A stretch of 64,000 bases of DNA from an uncultured bacterium (GTDB lineage: Bacteria; Verrucomicrobiota; Verrucomicrobiia; Limisphaerales; UBA8199): the NCBI GenBank assembly GCA_963749495.1, contig CAVVMW010000004.1:544001-608000 (forward strand). The letters are read 5' to 3'. The translations under genes were made by a program, and so were the position numbers. The notes under the pieces were generated by a model, which searched no databases, was not told the origin of the DNA, and was given only the letters and a program-made list of their open reading frames with translations. This document shows positions 63,544 through 64,000 of the stretch, in pieces. Each line of letters opens with the position of its first letter. The first letter of the stretch is position 1.

Positions 63544-64000
63544 TCAGCGGTGAAACTTGCGCGTCTTGTAAGTGAGGAGTGGTCGCAATGTCGCGATGAC
63601 GGAGACAAGCCCGGCATCCACGAGGTCCTGGATCACTGCCTCGATGTTTTTGTAGGCGCCAGGCGCCTCTTCGTAGAGCAGGTCGCGCTCTTCGCAAACC
63701 ACCCGGCTCCCCAGCGGCGTCTGCACCAACTGATGCAGGCCGAAACGCTCGCGCATGCGCAAGCGGGCTGCGCTCCGAGCCCATTTGCGGCCGGCCCCGT
63801 GAGCGAGCGACCAGGCGCGGCTTTCGCCATCGCCGATTGGCTTCACGAGGTAGCTCAAAGCCCCGCGCGATCCGGAGATAACCACCGGGTCATCCTCGCC
63901 AACGACAGCGCCTTTGCGATGCACCCAGACAGTTTCACCGGCGCTTTCGTGACGGGTGATGCTGTTGTGGCAACCGTCCCAAAGGCACTCTGTCTCGGCC
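63544..64000 (-). CDS. rtcB: RtcB-family RNA ligase, release-factor-H-coupled (RtcB2) type; 5' end outside window
   Basis: HNSI...HRKGA, GSRGALSYLV, SLAHGAGRKW, LYEEAPGAYKNIE, LRPLLTYK. Confidence 0.9.
   Translation of the reverse strand, partial: AETECLWDGCHNSITRHESAGETVWVHRKGAVVGEDDPVVISGSRGALSYLVKPIGDGESRAWSLAHGAGRKWARSAARLRMRERFGLHQLVQTPLGSRVVCEERDLLYEEAPGAYKNIEAVIQDLVDAGLVSVIATLRPLLTYKTRKFHR

Overview
High-GC bacterial DNA. Gene content (H-X9-DG prepilins, LamG/Ig proteins, DUF1080) suggests a PVC/Verrucomicrobia-like source; this is inference. Bases 1-57,400 are a dense mosaic of intact genes (GH127-SGNH, DUF1080, ThuA, pyk, HPr, an ABC efflux set, a phosphate/phosphonate scavenging block) and many truncated, fused or frameshifted fragments. 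An integron (frameshifted intI, attI, two attC cassettes) lies at 46.9-50.0 kb. Two things stand out. (1) At 57.5-64 kb a minus-strand cluster contains an RtcB2-type RNA ligase, about 26 tRNA genes, four tRNA-like or structured RNA candidates, an SPFH gene and an HNH nuclease. Every tRNA has G at T-loop position 55, usually with AG instead of GG in the D-loop. The set includes short-arm Leu tRNAs, a long-arm Ile(UAU) and Arg(GCG), a ~33-bp element inserted at CCA ends, and one tRNA split by a 1.67-kb insertion. (2) The two minus-strand ORFs at 52.1-55.0 kb are one frame interrupted by a single UGA (FEFG-U-GGVC) followed by a SECIS-like hairpin: a candidate unannotated selenoprotein. All calls come from reading the sequence by eye; no database search was run.
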